DNA of 64,000 nucleotides from Dendrobates tinctorius (lineage: Eukaryota), in the NCBI RefSeq assembly GCF_039654945.1, contig NW_027361679.1, forward strand, positions 57,412,001-57,476,000, written 5' to 3'. Position 1 is the stretch's first letter, and each line of letters starts with the position of its first letter. Both the position numbers and the translations under genes were made by a program. The notes beneath the pieces are model-generated. The model was not told the origin of the DNA and searched no databases. It worked only from the letters and a program-made list of their open reading frames with translations. Below are positions 24,916 to 38,646 of the stretch, in pieces.

Positions 24916-25535
24916 TTATGCATGGGGATTCTAGTGGCTCCCCCAGAATTAACATGAACAAAAAGTGTTGCTGGGCTAAAAAATACCCTACAGGCATGCT
25001 CATGATATGCATGTGGAGCATTTTCTGATGTATGTCCTTGACAAAGTTGTCATACATAAATTTTAGCTAAGTAAAAAATTACACTTTAAAAAGCAAAAGT
25101 GAAACAACTAGAGTTGAGCAAAACGGGTCGGTCAAATTCAAAAGTCGCCGACTTTCGCTAAAGTCGGGTTTCGCAAATCGAAACCCGACCATAGCGTGAG
25201 GTCAGCCATGCGGTCGCCGACCCGAGCGCCAAAGTCACATTTCCCATAATGCTTGCAGCGCCTTTACTCAGCCAATGACCAAGGACGCACACTGTGGGCA
25301 ACGCGATGACATGGGGAGCGGCCACCACCATCTTAGAGAAGGGCATTCAAGTGATTGGCTTGCTTTGTCTGGCGTCACATTGGCTATAAAAGCCCTGACC
25401 GCTGACCGCCATTTTACTTCTGCCGATTTTAGCATAGGGAGAGATTGCTGCCGCTGTTTCTCAATAGGGAGAGTGTTAGGCAAGAAAGAAAAAAAAAATC
25501 TGCTTCTGCTGATAGCGATTTTCACTGTACAGTAA

Positions 25536-25941
25536 AGGGGGTTTTACACTAAGCAATATCGCTAGCAATATCGCTAAAACGTCACTGGTTTTGTGACGTT
25601 ATAGCGATATTGCTAGTGATATCGCTATGTGTGATACTTACCAGCGACCGGCTCCCCCGCTGCTCATCGCTGATCGCGCGAGAATGTCCGGCTCCATTTC
25701 TCGTCGTCTGCTTCCTGCTGAGACTTCCTGCTGTGACGTCCAGCGACGCGTGGAGGCGGGCGGGAGGACGCAGGATCGCTGTGTGTGAATGGTAAGTATC
25801 GTGCGCTGCGTCGCTGCTGCATCGCTGTGAGATCTTTCTGTATGAAAGCTCACTTGCGATCATTTAGCGATGCACCAGCGATCCTGACCGGGTCGGATCG
25901 CTGGTTGGATCGCTGGTGCATCGCTAAATGTAAAAGGGCCT
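25536..25941. mobile_element. PIF/Harbinger-type MITE
   Basis: TAA TSD; imperfect TIR AGGGGGTTTTACACT/AATGTAAAAGGGCCT; CAGCGATC motifs. Confidence 0.7.
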
Positions 25942-26034
25942 TAAGTGTGCAGTGACAGGGGAGGATTTTTTGGTGTGCAGCAGTGCTGGTGGTTATTAGG
26001 CTGCCTTATTAGGCTACCTGATAGCTTCATTGCT

Positions 26035-27360
26035 GTGTGTACACAGAGACAGCGTGTGTGTGTGTGAGACTCCATAAATACATATACGGACATTTCCATT
26101 TTTCCATACACCGTATAGAGCTGTCTGCTTCTCAAACAGTATCTTATATCTGATGTTTGGATTACAGTCAAATCTATACAGAGACAGCATGTGTGTGTGA
26201 GACTCCGGAAATACATATACGGAAATTTCCATTTTCCCATACCGTATAGAGCTGTCCGCTTCTCAAACAGTATTGTATATCTGCCATTTGGATTACGGTC
26301 AAATCTATACAGAGACAGCGTGTGTGTGTGAGACTCCGGAAATACATATACGGACATTTCCATTTTTCCATACACCGTATAGAGCTGTCCGATTCTCAAA
26401 CAGTATTGTATATCTGCCGTTTGAATAACGGTCAAATCTATACAGAGACTGCGTGTGTGTGTGTGACTCCGGAAAAAAATAGATGGAGATTTAAAATTTT
26501 CCATACATACACCATATAGAGCTGTCCGCTTCTCAAACAGTATCGTATATCAGCTGTTTGGATTACAGTCAAATCTATACAGAGACAGCATGTGTGTGTG
26601 AGACTCCGGAAAAAAATAGATGGAGATTTAAAATTTTCCATACATACACCATATAGAGCTGTCCGCTTCTCAAACAGTATCGTATATCAGCTGTTTGGAT
26701 TACGGTCAAATCTATACAGAGACAGCATGTGTGTGTGAGACTCCGGAAAAAAATAGATGGAGATTTAAAATTTTCCATACATACACCGTATAGAGCTGTC
26801 TGCTTCTGATACAGTACCGTATATCTGCTGTTTAGATTATGGTAAAATCCATACTGAGACAAGCGCCTGTGTGTGACTACGTAAAAAAATAGACGTAGAT
26901 TTTCATTTTTCCATACATACACCGTATAGAGCTGTCCGCTTCTGATCCAGTATCGTATATCTGCTGTTTAGATTATGGTAAAATCCATACTGAGACAGCG
27001 TCTGTGTGTGACTATGGAAATAAATAGACATAGATTTTCATTTTTCCATACATACACCGCATAGAGGTGTCCGCTTCTGATACAGTACCGTATATCTGCT
27101 GGTTGGATTACGGTCAAACACATACTGGGAGAGCGTCTGTGTTTGACTCCGGAAACAAATATACAGAGATTGACATTTTCCCCAAAAACGTATACAGCTG
27201 TACACTTCTGATACAGTACCGTATATCTGCTGGTTGGATTATGGTCAAATACATACTGGGAGTGACTGCGACTAAGGAAATATATACGGAGATTTAAATT
27301 TTTCCCTACTCCTTATACAGCTGTACGCTCCTCATACAGTAGCATATATCTGCTGGTATT
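26035..27360. repeat. Tandem repeat of ~137 bp, about 10 copies, in the hAT 5' subterminal region
   Basis: CTATACAGAGACAGC at 26575 and 26712 (period 137); sequence drifts progressively along the array. Confidence 0.9.
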
Positions 27361-28439
27361 TTTGGCACATTTTCCCCAACATGAGGAAGTATGGTGGAAG
27401 AGTCCGCAGACGTGGGCAGGGGGAGGCAGCTGGTACTGAAGGTGGTGGTGGTGCATCTGCTGGTTATGCCAAAAGCACAATAGCAGCTAAGGCAGGAGGT
27501 GTTGAGCCTGCGGCATCATCTGGCACAAGAAGGGCTGTAAGGTTCCCTTTTCTTGGAGTAGGTAAACCGCTTTAAAGCCGGAGCATCAGGAACAGGTTTT
27601 GGCTTACATTGCCGAAACAGCCTCCAGCTCTATTGCCTCCTCTTCTGAAGTTTCAAAAACTGCAAGCACTGAGTAGTCAGTGTAGGCTTCTGGTCAGGAA
27701 CAACACCTTTCCTTGTGTCCTTCACCCACACCAAAAGTGAAGGATGCGGCAGGCCACACTTCAGATTACTCCATGGAGCTCTTTTCACATACCATGCCTG
27801 GACTATCAAGTCAAATCCTGAATTCCCCAGTCCAACATGAATCAGAGATGGAGTGCACTGATGCACAGCCACTGCTAGATGATTATGCAGGTACATTCAC
27901 CCACAGCACTACATTCCCCTCGCACTCTACAGAGCCAGAATCTGACCCTGATGAAATTCAAATGCCCCTTCCCGCATACTATACCACCTTACACGGTGAC
28001 ACAGAGGAAGGTGCAGATGAAAATGCCGGTTCCCTGTGCAGGTGGGGGGCATACTCGTGGGCGACGGCACTGACACAGGGCCCCTCATAGTACGCAAAAG
28101 TGTCTCTGATGGTGGGAGGGCCCACTTGCTGTCAGAAACACCGGCGTACTATAAGAGGCCCTGTGCCAGTGCCGTCGCCCATAAGTGGGCCCCCCTGCTT
28201 GCTCAGGGCCACAGCACTTGCAATACTTACTTCTCCCTGCTCCACCACCGTGAGGTCTTCCGTGTTTCCTGACAGTGACACTCAAGTCAGAGAGCATGAT
28301 GACATCACGTCTGTATGCCCTCTGCCTAAACTGTCAAAGTGCAGAGAGCTGGAAGATGGCGACGCTGAGGAGTCCAGAGTAGAGCAGTGCCCAGCGAGGA
28401 GAGGTATTTAATTTTTAAAGGTTGGGAGCAATTTTTGGG

Positions 28440-30350
28440 GAGCACTGTACACTGGAGAATGATATATGGGGCCCATCATACACTAGAGAATCATCCATGA
28501 GGCCCATCATAAACTGGAGCATTCCAAATGGGGGACATCAGACACTGGAGCAGCATCTATGGGGCCCATTATACACTGGTGCATTAGAAATGGGGCCCAT
28601 TATGTATGGAGCATTATTTGGGCCCATAAGACGCTGGAGCATCATCCGTGGGGCCCATCATATACTGGAGCGTTCTAAATGGGGCAGATCAGACACTGGA
28701 GCAGCATCTATGGGAACCATTATACACTGGAGCATTAGAAAAGGGGCCCATTATATAAGGAGCATTATTTGGGCCCATAAGACACTGGAGCATCAACCAT
28801 GGGGACCTTCATATACTGGAGCATTCTAAATCGGGCAGATAATATATGGAGCATTATTAGGGCCCATCATACACTGGAGAATCATCCATGAGGTCCATCA
28901 TATATTGGAGCATTCCAAATGGGGACATCAGACACTGGAGCAGCATTTACGGGGCCCATTATACACTGGAGCATTAGAAATGGGGCCCTTTATATATGGA
29001 GCAATATTTGGGCCCATAAGACACTGGAGCATCATCCATGGGGCTCATCATAAACTGGAGCATTCTAAATGGGGCAGATTATATATGGCGCATTATTTGG
29101 GCCCATCATACACTGGATCATCATTCATGAGGCCCATCATATACTGGAGCATTCCAAATGGGGGACATCAGACACTGGAGCAGGATTTACGGGGCCCATT
29201 ATACACTGGAGCATTAGAAATGGGGCCCATTATATCTGGAGCATTATTTGGGCCCATAAGACACTGGAGCATCTTCCATGGAGCCAATCATATACTGGAG
29301 CATTCTAAATGAGGCAGATCAGACACTGGAGCAGCATCTATGAGGTCCATTATACACTAGAGCATTAGAAATGGGGCCCATTATATATGGAGCATTATTT
29401 GGGCCCATCATATACTGGAGCATTCTGAATGGGGCAGATCAGACATTGGAGCAGCATCTATAGGGCCCATTATACACTGGAGCAGTAGAAATGGGGCCCA
29501 TTATATATGGAGCATTATTTGGGCCCATAAGTCACTGGAGCATCATGGGGCCCATCATATACTGGAGCATTCTAAATGGGGCAGATTATATATGGAGCAT
29601 TATTTGGGCCCATCATACACAGAAGCATCATCCATGAGGCCCATCATATACTGGAGCATTCCAAATGGGGGACATCAGACAATGGAACAGCATTTACGGG
29701 GCCCATTATACACTGAAGCATTAGAAATGGGGCCCATTACATATGAGCATTATTTGGGCCCCTTAAGACACTGGAGCATCATCCATAAGGCCCATCATAT
29801 ACTGGAGAATTCCAAATGGGGGACATCACACAATGTAACAGCATTTACGGGGCCCATTATACACTGAAGCATTAGAAATGGGGCCCATTATATATGAGCA
29901 TTATTTGGGCCCCTTAAGACACTGGAGCATCATCCATAAGGCCCATCATATACTGGAGCATTCCAAATGGAGGACATCAGACAATGGAACAGCATTTACG
30001 GGGCCCATTATACACTGAAGCATTAGAAATGGGGCCCATTATATATGTACATTATTTGGGCCCCTTAAGACACTGGAGCATCATCCATGGGGCCCATCAG
30101 ATACTGGAGCATTCTAAATGGGGCAGATCAGACACTGGAGCAGCATCTATGGGGCCCATTATACACTGGAGCATTAGAAATGGGGCCCATTATATATGGA
30201 GCATTATTTGGGCCCATAAGACACTGGAGCATCATCCATGGGGACCATCATATACTGTAGCATTATGTGGAGCTCATCATATACTGTATGGAACATTATT
30301 TGGATCCAATTATTTTGTATGGAGAAATATATGGGGCTCATTATTATGTA
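28440..30350. repeat. ~30-bp minisatellite with 151-bp higher-order period
   Basis: GCATTAGAAATGGGGCCC recurs at 29869, 30020 and 30171. Confidence 0.9.
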
Positions 30351-31200
30351 TGGTGCACTATGTGGTGGCCATTATACTGTATGGAGTAATATACTGTCCA
30401 ATTTTTGAGCTATTGTAGAATTGGAAATAGATCAGTCAAGTCATGTAAGCAGTGAAGTATTTGTCATTGTACTATACCGATATTTCTGTGCCGTATCGGA
30501 GCATCATGAGTTGTGGTATGTGTTAAAGGGGCACACTGACACTCTTTGGCCTGGGGCACACGAAAACCTGGAGCCAGCCCTACCCCCCACAACTTTAGCC
30601 AAATAACCCACAGTTTTCAATGCGTAACCATTATTATAAAGTAAATTAAGGTTGACAAGCTTAAGTAATAAGAATTGATGTCGTTGGCATTGAAATGGGC
30701 ACTGTAGGTGTGTTTACTGTCCTCCACTCCCTGCCGACTTTGCTTCCCCATTGACTTGCATTGGGTTTCATGTTTCAGTCGGACCTCCGACTTTTCCCTA
30801 TAGTCGGCCGATTTCGTTCGACTCGACTTTTGAGAAAGTTGGATTTCATGAAACCCGACCCTAAAAAAGGCAAAGTCGCTCATCTCTAGAAACAACAACA
30901 TGTCAAAAAATAAAAACGTGCTTTGAAGCATTTGAAATGTTTGTCTGTATGTATTTTCGGAAATAGATAGTAAAAAAGAAATGCTTGCAAATTTTAACAA
31001 ATATGTATGGTAAAAATTGTAGCTGGGCTAAAAATATAGCTGGATGAATGCTCTCAATTTTAATGTATTGCAGATGCAATCAATGTAAAATTTAATTAAC
31101 GCTATTACAGCAATATATTATAATAATTCACATGTCCTTTTAATAACCTAGACAATGTAGAACTATTAGTACATACAATTTTCTGTGGTTTCTTTCATAG

Positions 31201-31231
31201 ATTTGTACGGTCATCGTTAGAGGTTTCGAAC
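31201..31231 (+). other. Candidate 31-nt internal exon of an unidentified host gene
   Basis: TTTTCTGTGGTTTCTTTCATAG acceptor; AAC/GTCAGT donor; four CpGs retained in AT-rich unique DNA; two open frames. Confidence 0.35.
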
Positions 31232-32929
31232 GTCAGTATTAAATGCTAACAAAATAATACTAATATTAATGCAAAGTTTACCATCAAAACAGTGACCAGG
31301 AATTCAATTGGCAATGGAAAGCAGCTAAACGCATTACAAGAAAATGTAATTTTAGCTCTGTCTCCCAAACCACACATGATGTCATTACCGTATTGATCAT
31401 TCATGTCAATCACCTTGATTGCTAGAGAACTGTCAATAGTTGAATGTCAAGCATTGCTTCTTGTAGATCTGTAAATAATGCAATAGATTTGGGCATGTCT
31501 AAACTGGAAAACATCATCAATTAACAGCATTTCATCTAGTGTCCATTTTAGAACCTATCTCGAGCACTTAAGGTTTTTTTAATATGGACATAGGGAACAA
31601 TAAGTAATTACTGAAGATATGAACAGCATGTATTGTACCTTGTTGTTCTAAATGTCTTCCACACTCGTCCAGATTTCATTCACATTTAATCAACCTATAG
31701 CAATTCTGTGGCCATACGGATATACCTCTTAGGCCTCAAAATGCAACCAAAGCAAGAGAGCCAAAAAAAAAAAAAAAAAAAGTCATAGGGCTATTAATGA
31801 CTAGGATAGATATCAAATAACTGGTGGGTCAGGGAAAGATACCACACAATGGAGAGAATTTAATTTAATAGTATCACATATATAATCAAGACATACAAAG
31901 TGCATAAGATGAGGTAGATGGAGAATAAAGCAACCAAAAAATAATGACCTTCTCAAAAAAATGAATAAACATAAAGGAGTCCAGATTGATAAAGACTCAA
32001 ATAAATTTATTGAATTACACAAAAAAGGGAATAGCAGAACAAATGGACATAATAAATTACCATAAGATAATAAGGAGATAGATACATAATAGACACATTG
32101 GCCATGATAGCAAAGTAATCATATGAATGTAATAGCAATAATAAAGTGCATAGTGTGAACAGGCTGAAAAAAAGCCAATCATAAAGTGCACAAAAATGAC
32201 TAGATCATAGATAGCCGTAATAAATGGCTCAGTGCGTCTAAGGCTCCCTCCCGCTACTTTGATTTAGGCTCAACTTCAGTATCTCAGCAGCTTAGCACGC
32301 TATAATAATTTTGTCTATTTTAACCTACTATCCAAGTACTTCCTTGCTCCTATATTGTGCCTTGGCTCATATCTCATATTTGGTGTACTACTCGGGCAGT
32401 ATTTGCATTCTTGCTATTTAAGATCTTAGCTAGATGACTAGATAGTTCATACACTTTTTGATCCAATTAATTGCTTTAAATTTTGGATCTTAGAGCATGC
32501 TTAGATAATACTGACTACCGAAACTATTTGTTTTTCTATTGCTTGGTCTTCATATTTTGTCCAATTATTTGGACTTAGGTTTGATTTATCTTATACTAGC
32601 CTAAATTGCTGCTATTATAGCATTTGGAAATTCCCACGCAGCAATGGCATAAAGTGAGACTAGGGACTTTTTTTTTTTTTAAGTGGCGGAGGAATACAGT
32701 GCGGAAGGATACCTACCTTCCGTCATTGGATTCCTGCAGCCCGTAGAGAACGGCAGCAACAGCTGATGCTGCAGTTCTCTACCCAAGATCGTCGTGGGAC
32801 ACACTCGTGGACTGCTTCGGATCGTGGGTGAGTATTTTTGTGGTTTGTTATGTTAATATTTATTCCGTAAAAGACAATGGCTTCGGGGAACAATGTGACA
32901 AGTATTGGTAAGTATGTTACTCTTTGTTA

Positions 32930-33525
32930 TATGTACTGTATGTCTATGTATGTATTGTATGAATGTATTGTATGTAGTATGTATGTAGTATATATGTGGT
33001 ATGTATGTAGCATGTAGTATGTATGTAGTATGTATGTAGCATGCATGTAGCATGCAGTATGTAGCATGCATGTAGTATATATGTAGTATGTATGTAGCAT
33101 GTAGTATGTATGTAGCATGCATGTAGTATATATGTAGTATGTATGTAGCATGTAGTATGTATGTAGCATGCATGTAGTATGTATGTAGTATGTATGTAGT
33201 ATATATGTAGTATGTATGTAGCATGCATGTAGTATGTATGTAGTATGTATGTAGCATATATGTAGTATGTATGTAGTATGTAGCATGCATGTAGTATATA
33301 TGTAGTATGTATGTAGCATATATGTAGTATGTATGTAGCATGTAGTATATATGTAGTATGCATGTTGCATGCATGTAGTATATATGTAGTATGTATGTTG
33401 CATGTAGTATGTATGTAGTATGTATGTTGCATGTAGTATATATGTAGTATGAATGTAGCATGTATGTAGTATGTAGTATGAATGTAGCATGTATGTAGTA
33501 TGCATGTTGTATGTATGTAGCATGT
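32930..33525. repeat. Compound microsatellite (ATGT/AGT/AGC units)
   Basis: Directly visible. Confidence 0.95.
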
Positions 33526-33559
33526 AATTTTTTTTTTATTTTTTTTTTTTTTTACATTT

Positions 33560-34043
33560 AACACATTAGCCGGATGATGGGACTACTACTGTCCCATCAT
33601 TGGCTAATGTGTCAATCACTGTCATGGTAGCAGGCATCGCCCGATGGGACTTGTAGTCCCATCAGACGATGCCTGCACAGACCCCCGAAGCCTGCACAGC
33701 CCCCCGGCAGGCCGGCACAGCCCCCCGGAGCCTGCACAGCCCTCCGGCAGGCCGGCACAGCCCCCCTGGCAGGCCGGCACAGCCCCCCGGCAGGCCGGCA
33801 CAGACCACCGGAGCCTGCACAGACCCCCTGGCAGGCCGGCACAGCCCCCCGAAAGGCCCGTACAGACCCCAGAGAGGCTGTACAAGGGAAAAACAGGATT
33901 TTTCTTATTCCGATACCGGAAGTCCCATAGACTTGAATGGGACTTCCGGTATCGGAATCGGCGATACCGATACTTTTTTTTAAGATCGGCCGATCCATTT
34001 CGATCCGATACTTTGAAGTATCGGACGGTATCGCTCAACTCTA
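33560..34043. mobile_element. hAT terminal fragment with GC-rich minisatellite (33670-33860)
   Basis: Ends ...GGTATCGCTCAACTCTA, the same terminus type as 57920; CAGCCCCCCGGCAGGCCGGCA repeats. Confidence 0.65.
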
Positions 34044-36861
34044 TTCATGACATATTGGGGTTCATGCTATTATTAAATTTAGGTTGATCATTTTTGCATT
34101 TATTTGTGAAAAATTCAGAAAATTGGTGAAAATTTAGAAAATTTTGCAATTTTCAAATTTTGAATTTTTATTCTGTTAAAGCAGAGAGTTATGCAACAGA
34201 AAATAGTTAATAAATAACATTTCCCACTTTTGTCCACTTTACATCAGCACAATTTTGGAAACAATTTTTTTTGTTAGGAAGTTAAAAGGGTTAAAATTTG
34301 ATCAGTGATTTCTCATTTTTACAACAAAATTTACAAAACCATTTTTTTAGGGACCACCTCACATTTGAAGTCACTTTGAGGGGTCTATATGCCAGAAAAT
34401 ACCCAAAAGTGACACAATTCTAAAAACTACACCCCTCAAGCTGCTCAAAACTACATTCAAGAAGATTATTTACCCTTCAGGTGCTTCACAGGAACTAAAC
34501 CAAGGTGGAAGGAAAAAATGGATATTTTAATTTTTCCAACAAAAATTTTCTTTTAGCATCAATTTTTTCATTTTCACATGGGCAACAGGATAAAATGGAT
34601 CCTAAAATTTCTTGGGAAATTTCTCACGAGTACACCGATACCTCATATGTGGTCATAAACCACTGTTTGGGCGCACGGCAGGGCTCAGAAGGGAAGGAGC
34701 GCCATTTGACTTTTTGAATGGAAAATATGCTGGAATATTTAGCGGTTGCCATGTCGCCTTTGGAGAGCCCCTGTGTGCCTAAACACTGGAGCTTCCCCAA
34801 AAGTGACCCCATTTTGGAAACTAGACCCCCCAAGGAACTTATCTAGATGCATAGTGAGCACTTTGAACCCTCAGGTGCTTCACAAATTGATCCGTAAAAA
34901 TGAAAAAGTACTTTTTTCACAAAAATTTTCTTTTAGCCTCAATTTTTTCATTTTCACATGGGCAACAGGATAAAATGGATCGGAAAATTTGCTGGGCAAT
35001 TTCTCCTGAGTACACCGATACCTCATATGTGACCATAAACCACTGTTTGGGTGCATGGCAGGGCCTGGAAGGGAAGGAGCGCCATTTGACTTTTTGTATG
35101 GAAAATCAGCTCCAATCGTTAGCGGACACCATGTTGCGTATGGAGAGCCCCTGTGTGACTCAACATGGGAGCTCCCCCACAAGTGACCACAATTTAGAAA
35201 CTAGATCTCCCAAGGAGCATATCTAGATGTGTGGTGAGCTCTTTGGACCCCAAGTGCTTCACAGAAATTTATAATCCTCAAAAGATGATTTTTTTAGCCC
35301 GCAGTTATTTATTTTCACAAGGGTAACAGAAGAAATTGGACCCCAAAAGTTGTTGTCCAGTTTTTCCTGAGTAAGCTGGTACCCCATATGGGGAGGAACC
35401 ACTGTTTGGGCACACGTCGGGGCTTGAAAGGGAAGTAGTGACATTTTGTAATGCCGACTTTGATGGAATGGTCTACGGGCATCATGTTACATTTGAAGAG
35501 CCTCTGATGTGTCTAAACAGTAGAAACCCCCCATAAGAAACCCCATTTTGGAAACTAGACCCTCCATGGAACTTATCTAGATGTGTGGTGAGCACTTTGA
35601 GTCCCCAAGTGCCTCACAGAGGTTTATAACGCAGTGCCATAAAAATAAAAAATCATTTTTTTCCTCAAAAAATTATAACCCGCAATTTTTTATTTTCCCA
35701 AGGGTAACAGGAGAAAATGGACCCCAAAAGTTGTTGTCCAGTTTGTCCTGAGTACGCTGATACCCCATATGTTGGGGTAAACCACGGTTTTGGCGCATGG
35801 CTGAGCTCGGATGGGAGAGAGCACTGTTTGTCTTTTTGAATGCAAAATTGTCTGGAATAAATGGTGGCGCCATGTCATGTTTGGAGACCCCCTGATGTGC
35901 CTAAATAGTGGAAACCCCTCAATTCTAACATCCTTATCCCCAACACACCCCTTACCCTAACCAAAACCCTAACCACAACCCTATCTCCAACACATCCCTA
36001 ACCCTCATCTCCACCCTATTCCCAACATACCCCTAACTCCAACCAAAACCCTAATTCCAACCCTAACCTTAATTCTAACCCTAATTCCAACCCTAACCCT
36101 AATTCCAACCCTAGCCCTAGTTCTAACCCTAACCCTAATGGAAAAATAAAAATAAAAATATTTTCTTTATTTTATTATTTGTCACTACCTATGGGGGTGA
36201 TAAGGGGGGGTGATTTACTATTTTTTTTATTTTGATCACTGTGAGAGTTTCTCACAGTGATCAAAATGAATGAATGGAATCTGCAGGTTTGCAGATTTGA
36301 AGGGCGCACTACGCATGCGCCCGCCATTTTGGAAGATGGCGACGCCCATGTAGGAGGGAGGAGGGACACCGGGAGTGAAACAGGGACATAGGAGGTACTG
36401 GGGGTGAGGGGGATCAGGAGGTGGGGGGAGCAGAGGGAAGGGGGGGCAGATGATGATGGTGGCGGCAGATCGCCGGCATCAGTCGGTTGTGGGGGCCGAT
36501 CACTTCCATCAGTCGTGGGGGGGTCAGATCTCGGTCTCCAGCCATGGCAGATGCTACTGCAGCATCGGCCATGGCTGGATTGTAATATTTCATAAAATTT
36601 TATTGATGAAATATTACTATCGCTCTGATTGGCTGTTTCACTTTTAACAGCCAATCAGAGTGATCGTAGCCACGTGGGGCAAAGCCACCCCCCTTGGGGT
36701 GAAGTACAAAGCCCCCTGTACCTGCGGGTTGGGTGACCTTTCATTGACCCCGGTCACCTGACCCGCAGGGGGCTATCAAGTCATGACACAGCATATGCGT
36801 CATTGGTCGGATTAGCACCGACTTTCATCATGCATACGCTGTGTCACTGGTCAGGAAGGGG
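34044..36861. mobile_element. Non-autonomous piggyBac-like (TTAA, CCC...GGG) element with ~350-bp internal repeats and a telomere-like array
   Basis: Ends GGTCAGGAAGGGG+TTAA; internal repeats 34500-35900; homologous to 41071-43429 and, inverted, to 46340-47351. Confidence 0.65.
35924..36138. repeat. Degenerate (CCCTAA)n interstitial telomere-like array
   Basis: Directly visible. Confidence 0.9.
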
Positions 36862-36949
36862 TTAAAAAATCCGAGGCAACCAGCTTGTGTCAACACAGAT
36901 CAGTATTTCAGTTTAAATCTCAGTTTATATGTTGACTCTTTCTCAAAAG

Positions 36950-36989
36950 GCAGGTGGTTTGGCATCAATTGTGTTGAATTTGGAAATAT
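36950..36989 (+). other. Candidate 40-nt (or 36-nt from 36954) internal exon of an unidentified host gene
   Basis: TTGAC branch-like site, CTCTTTCTCAAAAG/GCAG tandem acceptors, perfect GTAAGT donor, unique flanking DNA. Confidence 0.4.
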
Positions 36990-37470
36990 GTAAGTCCAGT
37001 TTCCGAACAATGAAATGACTGGATGCACATTTCTTGGAAACAGCAAAGTCTAACTGACGATGGAGGGCAGCTTGAGCCTTGCCCATCTTGCTGGTCAGTT
37101 TGCTTTCCAAAATTAAAGATGTAGGCAACAAGGGTGAAAGATACTGATGAGAAAACCACTCAGAAACTATCATTTCATGGAGCGGGTGATTGCTTAGCAT
37201 AAAAATTGCACACAAAAGTGGCTTGTATATGGCTTATGGTGTCTGGTTTACGGCCTATTAGTGACTCTTATACTATATATTGTGAGACGGCGAAGGGAGT
37301 CATATGTGAGGACATTATGTATACCTTAGGATGTGCATACAAACATATTGAACCTACTGGAGTGCATTGTAATGAGAAAGAAGAAAGGAAATTCCAGCTT
37401 CCAAAAAAGATACATTGTTTTTTATGAAAATAGCAAAAGATCATGACAGCAGTTCCTATGAATTATCCAG

Positions 37471-37518
37471 TAGCGACGTGTTTCGAACACTGAGCCTGTG
37501 CTCTTTTTCAAAAAGCTA
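37471..37518 (-). ncRNA. Degenerate minimal hammerhead-ribozyme-like motif (Penelope-associated)
   Basis: tagc-ttt-TTGAAAA-a-gagcac-loop-gtgttc-GAAAC-ac-GTC-gcta; U3/A8 core variant, 6-bp stem II. Confidence 0.5.
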
Positions 37519-38646
37519 AACATCACAATGACATGGGGTATTTTATACACAAATTCAGCCAATGAACAGCAATATACACACATGTCTTGCATGATATTAA
37601 TTAAAATTAGACAAAAAAGTGATAAAAGGCAAAATTGTGAAAACACACAAAAATGACATACAATAATATATCACAAATGGAAAAAAGCAGAAAAGAAAAA
37701 ATAAATTACAAAGAAACAAGATTTCTTTATATATAAGTTGCACACTAATAGTGATACATGACTTCTCTACGTGCGTTAAGACCAGCTGGAGCGCACGTTC
37801 CCAGACAAACATCCAATATGCTTTACGTGTTAGTAGTCATTTTTTGATATTTCCTCTTCTTGGTTGTGCTATAATTCTCTCAATGCCAATAATTTTCAAC
37901 AAAGCAGTATTTCTCTGATGATGAAAAATAAAGTGCTTAGACAAAGAGGACAAGTTGCGATTAGAACTACCTACAGAAATAATATCAGTTATATGTTCTG
38001 AGATTCTAATTTTCAAATGCCGGGTAGTACATCCTACACCTCAAAGATTACAAATTGTGTAGCTAATTAAATATTAATCCTCAAAAAAGGCTAAATACAT
38101 AAAAGCTCATCCATAAGAGTACAGCAAAAATCCAAAAAAAGGAAAAACTAGGACCATAGAGCAATAGATAAAATGCGTAAAATTTTATTATTTGCAAAAA
38201 TGAATAGAAAGTAATATATGATATGCAACAATATGAAAAAGGGAATCAGAGACACCAAGATGCCACATTCAGACTGGGTCTTGTATATAGAAGGCAAGTT
38301 AGTAGATAAAATCAATATAACATATACCCAAAGAATATACAATTGGCCATAAGAGAATAGCAAGTGTGCAAATATAAATAAACAATAGCCGTCAGATAAG
38401 GAATTTATGAGTAATTAAATAAGCAAATATCTCTCAATTAGTGAGTATAAAGTGCAATAGTGCAATACAGGTGATCCAATGCGGACCTACAATTAATAAT
38501 GTATAAGAGGGAATATACCCTGACAGCAAAAATAGTGTTCAGTATTGCCGGCCATAAGAAAACATAGAGAAGGTATATGGAGATCAATAAAATAATGAAT
38601 ACATATAGTGCCAAAGACCAACCTTGTTGAAATGTGGACAGGAGGA

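Larger units (their letters stand above)
25109..30888 (+). mobile_element. Internally deleted hAT element with both ends, containing nested elements and satellites
   Basis: TAGAGTTGAGC/GCTCATCTCTA termini; perfect TSD GAAACAAC (25101-25108, 30889-30896); transposase N-terminus remnant from 27381 (MRKYGGRVRRRG...). Confidence 0.9.

Noticed and set aside
28440-30350. CRISPR-like array
   Set aside because: Eukaryotic context, no unique spacers, no cas genes; ordinary tandem repeats
32853-33564. Long H/T/Y-rich ORFs (also 2414-2754, 15393-15921, 20369-20855, 28422-30418)
   Set aside because: Translations of micro/minisatellites, open in several frames
35924-36138. True telomere or chromosome fusion site
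   Set aside because: Short, degenerate, single orientation and embedded in a repeated transposon context
31201-36989. Naming the candidate exons (vague recall of netrin-G1 SSLEVSN or MADD GGMASI...LEI)
   Set aside because: Short, from-memory resemblances with mismatched context; not supportable
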